Shown here piece by piece: positions 19,832 through 29,270 of a stretch of DNA of 64,000 nucleotides. This stretch comes from Candidatus Poribacteria bacterium. Lineage in GTDB: Bacteria; Poribacteria; WGA-4E; PCPOR2b. The number at the start of each line of letters is the position of its first letter. The first letter of the stretch is position 1. A program made the position numbers and the translations under genes. The notes under the pieces are model-generated. The model ran no database searches, was not told the origin of the DNA, and saw only the letters and a list, made by a program, of their open reading frames with translations. Location of the stretch: positions 5,504,001 to 5,568,000 of the forward strand of contig OZ244042.1 in NCBI GenBank assembly GCA_965215015.1, in the 5' to 3' direction.

Positions 19832-19911
19832 CTAGCCAAAAATTTCCACCAGAATTTATAGAGTTGCTAAAGAGGGTTAAAGCGAAAGGACTCCGATATG
19901 GAAGCTTATAA
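19828..19911 (+). pseudogene. Truncated N-terminus of the putative cognate endonuclease
   Basis: ATGA overlap with the MTase stop; MTSQKFPPEFIELLKRVKAK resembles the start of nucleases recalled as partners of this Dam subtype; ends after 27 codons. Confidence 0.5.
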
Positions 19912-20125
19912 AAATCTTAGCGGAGGTTCGGGAATCAAGGCTTATGAAATTGGGACAAATTTCATAAGAGTCCAGTTTTCTAGTGGCTCAGTTTACCTGT
20001 ACACGTATGAAAGTGCAGGTGCTCACGACATTGATCAGATGAAGGAATTAGCTAGCAAAGGCAAGGGACTAAACTCATTCATCAATACAACTGTTTACCA
20101 CGACTACGCTCGGAAAGAACGTTAG
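19898..20125 (+). CDS. Small conserved hypothetical protein (KTSC-like)
   Basis: YKNLSGGSGIKAYEIG...VQF...YLYTY.SAG...MK.LA..GKGLNSFIN pattern; AAGGA RBS. Confidence 0.7.
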   Translation: MEAYKNLSGGSGIKAYEIGTNFIRVQFSSGSVYLYTYESAGAHDIDQMKELASKGKGLNSFINTTVYHDYARKER

Positions 20126-20220
20126 TATGTTATTGTAACAACTGAACTCCCATGAAAACGTTTTAAGCATAAAGGCAGCCAACAATTTGCTTCATCATCT
20201 ACAACGTATTTAACTAAACT

Positions 20221-21012
20221 TTGGCAATAGCAAGATTTTTACTCCCTGTGGCGACGATTTGGTGGCGTGAAATCATCCGGTTTCTGCGTCAACGGAGTCG
20301 TCTGGTAAGCGCGATTGTTCAACCGCTAATCTTTTGGCTACTTTTGGGGGGTGGGTTAAATGCCTCATTTAAGCCACCCGGCGTTCCTGAAGGAACGAGC
20401 TACATTGAATATTTTTACCCCGGTATCATCACGCTCGCGCTGCTGTTTACAGCAATTTTCGCAACAATCTCGATTGTCCAAGACCGTCGAGAAGGTTTTC
20501 TTCAAGGTGTGCTTGTTGCGCCGGTTTCAAGATGGGTTATCGTGCTAGGACAAGCACTTGGCGGTACAACGTTAGCACTCTTTCAGGGTGCCCTTTTTCT
20601 ATTTCTCGCACCGATGGTTGGGGGGACGTTGAGTCTCTTTTCCGTGTTTTCAACACTCGGTGTGATGTTGACCGTATCCTTTGGCTTGACAAACTTGGGG
20701 TTAATGATCGCGTGGCGTATGGATTCGACGCAAGGTTTTCATGCGATTATGAATCTTATTCTCATCCCAATTTGGCTGCTCTCCGGTGCCTTCTTTCCTG
20801 TATCCGGTGTGCCGGTATTGCTGGAATGGGCGATGAGGTTGAATCCGCTAACCTACGGTGTTGCAGCCTTGCGTCGTTGTCTATACTTCAACGCATCCAT
20901 AGTTGTTGAGGAGATTCCTCAACTCACGTTATCGCTGCTTGTTACCGGTTTGTTCTGTGTTGTAACATATTTTGGTGCTGCTCGAACGGCTCGTCGTCCG
21001 AATGTGGCGTAA
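20221..21012 (+). CDS. ABC-2 type transporter permease
   Basis: WWREIIRFLRQRSR, YFYPGI, DRREGFLQGVLVAPV, LLSGAFFP, NPLTYGV; TTG start. Confidence 0.92.
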   Translation: MAIARFLLPVATIWWREIIRFLRQRSRLVSAIVQPLIFWLLLGGGLNASFKPPGVPEGTSYIEYFYPGIITLALLFTAIFATISIVQDRREGFLQGVLVAPVSRWVIVLGQALGGTTLALFQGALFLFLAPMVGGTLSLFSVFSTLGVMLTVSFGLTNLGLMIAWRMDSTQGFHAIMNLILIPIWLLSGAFFPVSGVPVLLEWAMRLNPLTYGVAALRRCLYFNASIVVEEIPQLTLSLLVTGLFCVVTYFGAARTARRPNVA

Positions 21013-21056
21013 AAGAAATTGACTTACAAATTCAGCAGTCTAGAAAGGAGCCCTTA

Positions 21057-21746
21057 ATGAATTGGCTGAATTGGCTGAATTTTCCTGCATGGCTTCCAGA
21101 GAATATCTCAACTTTTGGACGAGGGGTTGATAAACTCTTTATCCTAATCTACTGGATTACCTCAATTGTATTTTTGGCTGTTATGGCGGTGCTCATCGTC
21201 TTCATCATTAAGTACCGTTTTCAAGAAGGCCGCAAAGCGGAGTACATTGAAGGTAGCACAACCCTTGAAATTATATGGACCGTTGCTACCACCATCATTG
21301 TGTTTGGACTCGCTATTTTGAGCCTGCCACAATGGAATAAAATTAAATACCCTTCCCAGTTTCCCGGTAATCCCGGTGCTGTCGTTCAAGTGAACGGGAA
21401 ACAATTTAACTGGGATATGACTTACCCAGGGCCTGACGGTGAATGGGGCACTGACGACGACCTGCAACTTGAAAATCAGCTGCATGTCCCTGTTGACGAG
21501 GTGGTGCATATCAGACTTACGTCCGATGATGTGATTCATAGCTTCTTTGTCCCTCAGCTCCGGCTGAAGCAGGATGCTCTTCCCGGCAGGTTTATAAACA
21601 TGTGGTTTGAGGCAACGAAACCCGGTCAATACGAAATCCCCTGCGCTGAACTCTGCGGTTTTGGACACTCCGGGATGCTCGGATACCTTACCGTCCATAC
21701 GGAGGAAGATTACGCAGCGTGGATAAATGAACGGTGGGGAGAATAA
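21057..21746 (+). CDS. coxB: Cytochrome c oxidase subunit II (CuA, no fused cytochrome c)
   Basis: LEIIWT, DVIHSFF, CAELCGFGHSGM. Confidence 0.96.
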   Translation: MNWLNWLNFPAWLPENISTFGRGVDKLFILIYWITSIVFLAVMAVLIVFIIKYRFQEGRKAEYIEGSTTLEIIWTVATTIIVFGLAILSLPQWNKIKYPSQFPGNPGAVVQVNGKQFNWDMTYPGPDGEWGTDDDLQLENQLHVPVDEVVHIRLTSDDVIHSFFVPQLRLKQDALPGRFINMWFEATKPGQYEIPCAELCGFGHSGMLGYLTVHTEEDYAAWINERWGE

Positions 21747-21770
21747 GGAACAGAAAGGAGTCAATGTAAA

Positions 21771-23618
21771 ATGAATGATCACGCACATGAATCTCATGAT
21801 CACCATCATGAAGAGAGTTTTATTCGTAAATATATCTTTTCACTCGATCATAAAATGATTGCCAAGCAATTCCTAATCTTTGGTCTCATTATGTTCATGG
21901 TCGGGGGTGGGCTTGCACTGCTTTTCCGTTGGCAGCTCGCTTGGCCCGACAGACCGCTTCCTATCATTGGGGTTTCCAAAACATATCAGGAGACCGGCGA
22001 AGTCGCAACCGCTGCGGACCGAAAGTGGGAGGAACGGTTCGATGATGATAAAGAAACATGGTTAGAGACCAACATGCCCAGCGGCGTGATAGACCCAGCG
22101 TTTTATAATTCGCTGTTTACAATGCACGCTACCCTTATGATTTTCTTCGTGGTTGTGCCGCTACTTGTTGGGGCGTTTGGTAATTTCCTTATCCCACTGA
22201 TGATCGGGACCAGGGATATGGCTTTTCCGGTCCTGAATATGCTCTCCTTCTGGTCGAATATGTTGGGAGGTATTCTCATGATGGCAGGGTTCTTTGTCCC
22301 CGGTGGGCACGCTGGTGCGGGTTGGACTGGATACGCACCCCTCTCTTCAGTCGTTGAGTATAGTGGCGTAAATTGGGGTCAGAATCTGTGGTGCATCAGT
22401 CTTATCGTCATGGGCATCTCCTCGTTGATGGGGTCTATTAACTATATTACCACGATTATCAACATGCGAGCCCCGGGGATGACCTACTTCCGTCTCCCGC
22501 TTGCGATTTGGTCTCTCTTTGTCGTGGCAATTCTTCTGCTGCTTGCCTTCCCTGTCGTTGCTTCTGCGCTCGCCCTAATCCTCTTTGACCGGATGGCGGG
22601 AACGTCCTTCTTTACTGCGGCAGGCGGTGGTGAACCGTTGCTATGGCAACACCTCTTCTGGTTCTTTGCACATCCAGAGGTTTATATCCTCATTCTGCCG
22701 GGCATGGGTCTGGCGTCGGAAATGCTCCCTGTCTTTGCCAGAAAGCCCATCTTCGGTTATAAGTCCATGGTTTTCGCCATGATAGCGATTGCATTTCTCA
22801 GTTGGATTGTGTGGGGGCACCACATGTTCCAGAGCGGGATGAACCCTGCATTGGGAGCGAGTTTCATGACTACCACTATGTTAATCGCTGTCCCTTCGGC
22901 AATCAAAACCTTTAACTGGCTCGGCACCCTTCACCGTGCATCAATCCGATTTACAGTGCCGATGTTAAACACACTGGCTTTTGTTTCGATGTTTGTGATC
23001 GGTGGTCTCAGCGGTATCTATATGGCAAACTCGCCGGTAGATATCTACATCCACGATACATACTACATCGTAGCACATATCCATTATGTTGTCTTCGGTG
23101 GAAGTATCTTCGCTATCTTTGGCGGTATCTTTTACTGGTTCCCCAAGATGTTTGGGCGACATATGGACGCGACCCTCGGCAAGATTCATTTCTGGATCAC
23201 CTTCCTCGCCTTTAACGGTGTCTTTTTCCCGATGCACATCATCGGTATTGGGGGACACATGCGACGCATCGCCAACCCGATGCAGTATGAATACTTACAA
23301 CCGCTGCAACCGATAAATGTGTTTATTACAATCTGTGCATTTATTTTGGGAGCGGCTCAGATTCTGTTGCTAATCAACGTGTTCTGGAGTATATTCCGCG
23401 GAAAGGTGGCTGAACAGAATCCGTGGCAAGCAAACACTTTGGAATGGCATGCACCAACGCCTGTTCCTCATGGCAACTTTGAAGCGATTCCTCACGTATA
23501 TCACGGCCCCTATGAGTACAGCGTTCCCGGTGCTGAAACAGACTGGACTCCACAAACGCAGCCGAACGGTGAACCGTCGCATGGTGAACCAATACCTGCC
23601 GGAGCCAGTGCAGACTAA
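21771..23618 (+). CDS. coxA: Cytochrome c oxidase subunit I (A family, A1-type)
   Basis: DHKMI, TMHA, DMAFPVLN, WFFAHPEVYI, WGHHMF, VAHIHYV, MRRI. Confidence 0.97.
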   Translation: MNDHAHESHDHHHEESFIRKYIFSLDHKMIAKQFLIFGLIMFMVGGGLALLFRWQLAWPDRPLPIIGVSKTYQETGEVATAADRKWEERFDDDKETWLETNMPSGVIDPAFYNSLFTMHATLMIFFVVVPLLVGAFGNFLIPLMIGTRDMAFPVLNMLSFWSNMLGGILMMAGFFVPGGHAGAGWTGYAPLSSVVEYSGVNWGQNLWCISLIVMGISSLMGSINYITTIINMRAPGMTYFRLPLAIWSLFVVAILLLLAFPVVASALALILFDRMAGTSFFTAAGGGEPLLWQHLFWFFAHPEVYILILPGMGLASEMLPVFARKPIFGYKSMVFAMIAIAFLSWIVWGHHMFQSGMNPALGASFMTTTMLIAVPSAIKTFNWLGTLHRASIRFTVPMLNTLAFVSMFVIGGLSGIYMANSPVDIYIHDTYYIVAHIHYVVFGGSIFAIFGGIFYWFPKMFGRHMDATLGKIHFWITFLAFNGVFFPMHIIGIGGHMRRIANPMQYEYLQPLQPINVFITICAFILGAAQILLLINVFWSIFRGKVAEQNPWQANTLEWHAPTPVPHGNFEAIPHVYHGPYEYSVPGAETDWTPQTQPNGEPSHGEPIPAGASAD

Positions 23619-24016
23619 GAAACCTTGGTGCAAGTTAGTGAGGATATCGAGTTCAAGGGGTTATCAGCAGCCCAGAGGTGCATTAATGTACGAGTGAACC
23701 AATGCACCCATGAACCAACTATTTTCACGTTTCACTTGAGTACTCCCAAGCGGATTTAACCTCGCGTAGGAGGTGTGTATGTTTATCAGAGCAACTCTGA
23801 CTGCTTCCACATAAACCGGAATGAGTCATTATGGGCTAAAATTTAACGCGGAGGACGCAGAGAATAATCGTTTTTTTCTACGTCCTCTGCGGTTGATTAA
23901 GTACTTATTGCGATTGATACGGTTATCGCGATCTAAGTGACGGCGAAATCGCAGAGGGAAAACTGTCTCTAAAGGCCCAGGGACCGCTAAACCGTGGGGA
24001 GGATAAAATTCACTCA

Positions 24017-25159
24017 ATGTATCGTCCATGGCTGCATAGACTTGCTGTACTCACAACTGTAACGACTTTCATCCTGATTTGCATGGGCGGGCTTGTGACC
24101 AGCACGGATTCGGGGATGGCTGTTCCCGATTGGCCTACCACCTTCGGATACAATATGTTTCTCTATCCGCTCTCGAAAACGGTCAGCGGATTCCTGCTCA
24201 GCATTGATCCGAATCTCCAAGCCGATCTGGATAAAGGTAACCTATCCGTAGGGCTACGGAAGGCACTTGAAAAAAACGGGATTTCGGTGTCAGAAAATGT
24301 TATAATTTCAACTGAAGAACAAAGCAGCAGGTGGAAACTCGCAGATAAAGCGAATGAACGCACCTATACGCTGATTAAATCGGGCGAGCGGCTTGATGTA
24401 TACGTTCATGGCGTGCTATACGAACATAGCCATCGACTGATCGGATCGATTGTTGGTTTTCTGACGATTGTGTTGATGGTATCAATTTGGGCGAAAGATG
24501 TTCGGAAATGGCTGAAATGGCTAGGTGTTATTGCCCTCGTCGCAGTTATCGCTCAAGGGGTGATGGGTGGTCTCCGGGTTACGAACCTCAGCAGAGTGCT
24601 CGCCCTCATACACGCCTGTTTTGCCCAAGCGTTTTTTGCGTTGACCGCGAGCCTTGCGTTATTTACTTCGCGCAGCTGGTTGCAAACATCGGTGAAAATT
24701 GAGACGACAGAGGCTTCGCGTCTGAGACGTTTGAATCTCATCACGTTGGGGCTTATCTATATCCAATTCATCTTTGGTGCTATATTGAGGCATACAGGTA
24801 CCCGATTGGATGCCCACCTGCTTTTCGCAGGTCTAGTAACAATTCACATATTTTTGCTCTTGAGACGAATTTTGAGAGATTATCTAGAAAATCAGTCCCT
24901 TGTTCGTCTTATTTTATTATTAAGTGGTCTGCTTGCCGTACAATTGACCTTGGGCTTCGGCGCATACCTCGCTGAATTCACCGCTTTTGGGAAAGGTGTC
25001 GCTCCTGTTGCCGGTGTAATAATCACAACTGCCCATGTTGCGATTGGTGCTTTAATGCTAGTCGTTTCCGTTGTACTAACCTTGAACACTTTTCGTTTCA
25101 CAAGTAGATCAGGACCCGTTACAAGTCGAGGGCTCGTTTCCGATGAGGTGTCTGCATGA
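24017..25159 (+). CDS. ctaA: Heme A synthase (COX15/CtaA) with inserted soluble domain
   Basis: GGLVTSTDSGMAVPDWP, YEHSHR, QGVMGGLRV, IHACFAQ, TTAHVAIG. Confidence 0.9.
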   Translation: MYRPWLHRLAVLTTVTTFILICMGGLVTSTDSGMAVPDWPTTFGYNMFLYPLSKTVSGFLLSIDPNLQADLDKGNLSVGLRKALEKNGISVSENVIISTEEQSSRWKLADKANERTYTLIKSGERLDVYVHGVLYEHSHRLIGSIVGFLTIVLMVSIWAKDVRKWLKWLGVIALVAVIAQGVMGGLRVTNLSRVLALIHACFAQAFFALTASLALFTSRSWLQTSVKIETTEASRLRRLNLITLGLIYIQFIFGAILRHTGTRLDAHLLFAGLVTIHIFLLLRRILRDYLENQSLVRLILLLSGLLAVQLTLGFGAYLAEFTAFGKGVAPVAGVIITTAHVAIGALMLVVSVVLTLNTFRFTSRSGPVTSRGLVSDEVSA

Positions 25160-26058
25160 TATCAACAACAGAGACGCTAGGCAATGACCTATCCCAAATG
25201 AGCCGCCGAATGTCGGCTTTTGTCGAGTTGACAAAACCACGGCTCGTTTCGATGATACTCATTACAACCTCAGCCGGCTTTTATATTGCGGCTCTACAAC
25301 CGCTTAATTGGCTGCAACTCGTTCACACCCTCATCGGCACCGGGTTATCAGCTGCGGGGGTGTTAGCCCTGAATCAGTACCTCGAACGCGATCTGGATGC
25401 TCAAATGGTCCGGACCTGCCACCGCCCGCTGCCGGATCGGCGTCTTCAACCGACGACAGCCCTGTTTTTTGGAGTCTTACTGACTGTTAGTGGCTTGGTC
25501 TATATGACATTTTCCGTAAATGCCTTAGGCGCATTGGTCATCTCAGCTATCGTTGTGACGTATCTGTTCGTCTATACTCCATTAAAGCAGAAGACCTCAC
25601 TCTGTACCATAGCGGGAGCGGTTCCGGGGGCATTGCCACCTATTATCGGTTGGGTTGCAGCGCGAGGTACACTCAATATTGAGGCGTGGGTGCTTTTTGC
25701 AATTCTGTTTCTTTGGCAGCTGCCACACTCACTGTCAATCGCATTTATCTATCGCGATGAATACGCCCAGGCTGGTTTCTGCTTGCTGCCGGTTATTCAT
25801 CCTGATGGCAAGAGCACGAACAGACAGATTGTCATCAACTGCCTTGGACTTCTCGTTGTAGCACTGCTGCCTACGCTAATAGGCATTGCTGGTATTGTTT
25901 ATTTTTTCGCCGCGCTTGCGTTGAGCATCGCCTTTCTTGGGTTTGGCATCAACCTATCTATTTCTCGATCGACCGTAGCAGCAAAACGGTTGCTGTATGC
26001 CTCATTGGTATACTTGCCGCTCGTGTTTTTGGTGATGGTACTCGACAAGTTGACTTAA
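25156..26058 (+). CDS. ctaB: Protoheme IX farnesyltransferase (heme O synthase)
   Basis: ELTKPR, NQYLERDLDAQMVRT.HRPLP, YTPLK, GAVPGALPP, WQLPH. Confidence 0.96.
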   Translation: MISTTETLGNDLSQMSRRMSAFVELTKPRLVSMILITTSAGFYIAALQPLNWLQLVHTLIGTGLSAAGVLALNQYLERDLDAQMVRTCHRPLPDRRLQPTTALFFGVLLTVSGLVYMTFSVNALGALVISAIVVTYLFVYTPLKQKTSLCTIAGAVPGALPPIIGWVAARGTLNIEAWVLFAILFLWQLPHSLSIAFIYRDEYAQAGFCLLPVIHPDGKSTNRQIVINCLGLLVVALLPTLIGIAGIVYFFAALALSIAFLGFGINLSISRSTVAAKRLLYASLVYLPLVFLVMVLDKLT

Positions 26059-26081
26059 TGGAATGGGGGCCTCAAATTTAA

Positions 26082-26192
26082 ATGAACGCTCACGAAAAAC
26101 GGAGTCAAAACCGACGTATCGGATGGTTTTTATTCGCGGTCTTTATCGTCCTGTTTATTTTTGCAACGATTCTCGCACTCGTCAAAAATTAA
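26082..26192 (+). CDS. 36-aa single-TM protein, possible oxidase small subunit or assembly peptide
   Basis: MNAHEKRSQNRRIGWFLFAVFIVLFIFATILALVKN: basic N-terminus plus one TM helix, inside the cox operon; below the ORF-track cutoff. Confidence 0.6.
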   Translation: MNAHEKRSQNRRIGWFLFAVFIVLFIFATILALVKN

Positions 26193-26281
26193 CGCCTTAT
26201 GCCCTGTAGGAAAGGGTTCTTAGCCTCGATTGTTTCGCAATTGGGCTTTCCTCCTTTCTCACACTTTATCTTCTATTTCCA

Positions 26282-26887
26282 ATGAATGAACGAGAACATA
26301 CATCATACGAACATGCCAAGGGAGAGAGCCGACCAATCAGCAATGCGCGTCTAGCCGTGCTAGTACTCTTGGGTGCCGAAATCATGTTTTTCGCGGGGTT
26401 GATTGGAACATTCCTTGTGTTCCGTTTGGGCAGTGTCACCTGGCCCCCGCCCTCGCAGGCTGATGTTCGTTTGCCCATTGGTGTGACTGGACTAAACACA
26501 ATCGTCCTGCTCTTGAGCGGCTATACGATGTTTCAGGGGCTGCGAGCCATTCGGCAGGACCGTCAGAAAGAGCTCAGAAACTGGCTTTTCGCAACGGGGC
26601 TCCTTGGCATCATTTTCCTTGTTGTGCAAGGTTCGGAATGGGTCCGCTTGGTACATCATGGGTTTACGCTTTCGTCGGGGGTGTACGGCTCCATCTTCTA
26701 TGTTCTCATCGGTTGCCATGCGTTGCACGTTCTGGTGGCAGTCTTTTGGCTGTTGGTTGTTTTCGCGAGGGCGATAGTCGGTCAGTTTTCAATGCATCAC
26801 CATGTTGGTGCTGAGGTTTGTGCAATTTACTGGGCGTTTGTTGTCGTGTTATGGCCCCTTCTTTATGTCCTTGTGTACTTAATCTAA
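26282..26887 (+). CDS. coxC: Cytochrome c oxidase subunit III (first copy)
   Basis: LGAEIMFFAGL, NTIVLLLSG, LIGCHALHV, YWAFV. Confidence 0.9.
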   Translation: MNEREHTSYEHAKGESRPISNARLAVLVLLGAEIMFFAGLIGTFLVFRLGSVTWPPPSQADVRLPIGVTGLNTIVLLLSGYTMFQGLRAIRQDRQKELRNWLFATGLLGIIFLVVQGSEWVRLVHHGFTLSSGVYGSIFYVLIGCHALHVLVAVFWLLVVFARAIVGQFSMHHHVGAEVCAIYWAFVVVLWPLLYVLVYLI

Positions 26888-26937
26888 AATGGGGTTTAAC
26901 GGTGAACAGAGCCTTCTAGCTTCTTGGAGATTCGGAA

Positions 26938-27112
26938 ATGACAGCTATGCCGGAAAAAAGTTCTTGATTCAATACATAAAGAAACAGTTGTGCAATGTCA
27001 GTCCCCAAAATCGAGTTGGAAAGTTGTTGTTAATATTGGGGCACAGATTCCCTTGGCAACGTGGGAGAAAGTGCCTGATGATACCTTAATCAATTTTAGG
27101 CATTATCCTTGA
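26938..27112 (+). pseudogene. Degenerate small antitoxin-like gene remnant
   Basis: GGAG RBS and ATG at 26938, frameshift in an A run, then SWKVVVNIGAQIPLATWEKVPDDTLINFRHYP*G, resembling small W..VP.D...HYLYG proteins that usually precede PIN toxins. Confidence 0.4.
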
Positions 27113-27202
27113 GGTCAGCGTGTATTGTCAAAACTGATTTAACAGTATGCAAATTCGCACAAGTTGTTATCTTCATTTCGCGAATGAATAAGGAGATTTC
27201 TT

Positions 27203-27457
27203 ATGATTCGTCGACATTTTTTATTATTGGTAGGGATTCTGGTTTTTGCAATGCTGATACCAACAGTCGTGGAAGCCTGTCCCTCATGTAAAACGATTGA
27301 TGACCCGATTGTTCAGGGCTTCAAGTGGAGCATTCTATTCCTTATGGCGATGCCCTACATTGTTTCCGGTCTAATTGGCGGGGGCGTATTTTACGTATAT
27401 TACCACACACATCGGACCGATAATCGTAAACCACCTTCAAATGTGAAAGGAGTGTGA
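27203..27457 (+). CDS. Small membrane protein with CxxC (ACPSCK) in the cox operon
   Basis: AAGGAG RBS; signal/TM, ACPSCK, second TM (SILFLMAMPY). Confidence 0.75.
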   Translation: MIRRHFLLLVGILVFAMLIPTVVEACPSCKTIDDPIVQGFKWSILFLMAMPYIVSGLIGGGVFYVYYHTHRTDNRKPPSNVKGV

Positions 27458-27460
27458 AAA

Positions 27461-28087
27461 TTGGAAGAAACTACAACACTCGATCATTCCGCAGATGTCT
27501 ATGAACCATCCCTCACGCCTGATAGCCTTGGAAAGTTGGGGATGTGGCTCTTTCTTATTAGCGATGCGATGTCCTTTGGTGCGTTGCTCGCTGCCTATGG
27601 TGCCGTACGCGCCGGCGCAGCGGAGTGGGCACCTCCATCTGAAGTGCTCGGCATTAGCCTCACAGCAGGGATGACCTTTCTGTTAATCTGTAGTAGTGTC
27701 ACGATGGTCAAAGCACTTGAAGCCATTCAGAACGGTAACCAATCGAGAATGTGTACCTACCTCGGCTTGACCATTCTGGGTGGATTAATCTTCTTGGGAC
27801 TGCAAGCATATGAATGGACTCACCTGATTACGCACGGCCTGACCTTCACTACGCTTCCGCATGGGATGTCCGGTTCCACGCTTTTTGGTCCCACCTTCTA
27901 TACCATTACAGGTTTCCACGGGGCCCACGTCACCGGCGGGGTCATTTACCTTATCGTTATCCTGATTCAGGGGCTGCGGGGTACTTATACAGCAGCGTAT
28001 AACCACAAAGTCGAGATTTTGGGGCTATATTGGCACTTCGTTGACCTAATCTGGATCATGGTCTTTACTTTTATCTATTTACTGTAA
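27461..28087 (+). CDS. coxC: Cytochrome c oxidase subunit III (second copy)
   Basis: KLGMWLFLISDAMSF, ICSSVTM, QAYEW, TGFHGAHV, GLYWHFVDLIW. Confidence 0.94.
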   Translation: MEETTTLDHSADVYEPSLTPDSLGKLGMWLFLISDAMSFGALLAAYGAVRAGAAEWAPPSEVLGISLTAGMTFLLICSSVTMVKALEAIQNGNQSRMCTYLGLTILGGLIFLGLQAYEWTHLITHGLTFTTLPHGMSGSTLFGPTFYTITGFHGAHVTGGVIYLIVILIQGLRGTYTAAYNHKVEILGLYWHFVDLIWIMVFTFIYLL

Positions 28088-28107
28088 TCATTGAATGGAG
28101 AATCAAG

Positions 28108-28437
28108 ATGGAACACGCTCATAAAGAACATCCGAAATATATGAGAATATTTTGGATCCTTTCTGGACTCACAGTTGCTGAAGTCGGCGTTGTCTACCTA
28201 CCGTTTCCAACGATTGTGACCGCACTTCTACTGATTGGTATGGCATGTTCTAAAGCAGCTTATGTCGCGCTCTATTTCATGCACCTGAAATTTGAACAGA
28301 GAACCTTAACGATTATTGCACTGACACCCTTTATCATCTGTGTTTTTCTCGTGTTTATGCTGCTTCCTGATCTGATGGCAGGTGCTCGCCATGAGGGAGC
28401 TAAAGCGGAATCTCAGGTTGTTGATACATCTCACTAA
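28108..28437 (+). CDS. coxD: Cytochrome c oxidase subunit IV
   Basis: LTVAEV, KAAYVALYFMHLKFE. Confidence 0.9.
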   Translation: MEHAHKEHPKYMRIFWILSGLTVAEVGVVYLPFPTIVTALLLIGMACSKAAYVALYFMHLKFEQRTLTIIALTPFIICVFLVFMLLPDLMAGARHEGAKAESQVVDTSH

Positions 28438-28458
28438 GTAAAACGTGAGGCGTGAAAT

Positions 28459-29163
28459 GTGAGAAAATTTTACGTGCACGCCCTTTTACACCTCATGTCT
28501 ATGGAAACCAAAGTCAAATCTCTAGAACAGGGCACCAGACCCAACCAGCGTATACTGCGCGGCCTTCTCTGGGGTGTGTTAGCCCTCGTGATTGTTGTTA
28601 TCTTGGGTGCCAATTTCTGGACCCTCGTTCATCAAAAGTCCGGCACACCCCCTGAGTCGGCAACTTCATTGTCAGGACTCGCGGTTCATCAACAACTGCC
28701 GGACTTTTCCCTGACCGATCAGCGTGGTGCACCCTTTGCATTATCCGACCTCCACGACAAAGTCTGGATCGCAGATTTCATCTTTACCAGTTGTGCGACG
28801 ATCTGTCCACCAATGACAATTCAAATGGCAAATCTTCAAGACGAGTTTGCGGCGGAGGACATCCATTTTGTCTCCTTTTCCGTAGATCCGGAACGCGATA
28901 CGCCAGAAGTTCTTATTCGCTATGCAGATCACTATGGGGTAGATAACAGTCGTTGGTCCTTCTTGACAGGACAGAGAGAAGCTATCTATCAACTGGCGAA
29001 CGAAGGTTTCAACCTGGCAGCCGGTCATCGTGGAAGTGAAATTCTCCACAGCACACGGTTTGTTCTCGTTGATAGGGCAGGACAAGTCCGGGGCTACTAC
29101 GATAGTCGGAGTAAGGCCCGTCTCCAACAACTGCGCCAGGATATACAGACCCTTCTCAAGTAA
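28459..29163 (+). CDS. SCO/SenC copper chaperone
   Basis: FIFTSCATICP, SVDPERDTPE, ILHSTRFVLVD; true start probably ATG 28495 or 28501. Confidence 0.93.
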   Translation: MRKFYVHALLHLMSMETKVKSLEQGTRPNQRILRGLLWGVLALVIVVILGANFWTLVHQKSGTPPESATSLSGLAVHQQLPDFSLTDQRGAPFALSDLHDKVWIADFIFTSCATICPPMTIQMANLQDEFAAEDIHFVSFSVDPERDTPEVLIRYADHYGVDNSRWSFLTGQREAIYQLANEGFNLAAGHRGSEILHSTRFVLVDRAGQVRGYYDSRSKARLQQLRQDIQTLLK

Positions 29164-29270
29164 AATCTATTACAGTTTCCAGCCTGTCACACACCGGCTG
29201 TGCCTCTAGGCACCCCTTAATGCTGACTCGCAATGCGTTCCGACAGAAAGAAAGGATACAGGAAAGATTT

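Noticed and set aside
23829-24010. AACGCGGAGGACGCAGAG...CGTCCTCTGCGGTT inverted repeat and 66-aa minus-strand ORF
   Set aside because: The hairpin is real but has no clear second copy here (only a weak relative near 52085); the ORF has no coding features
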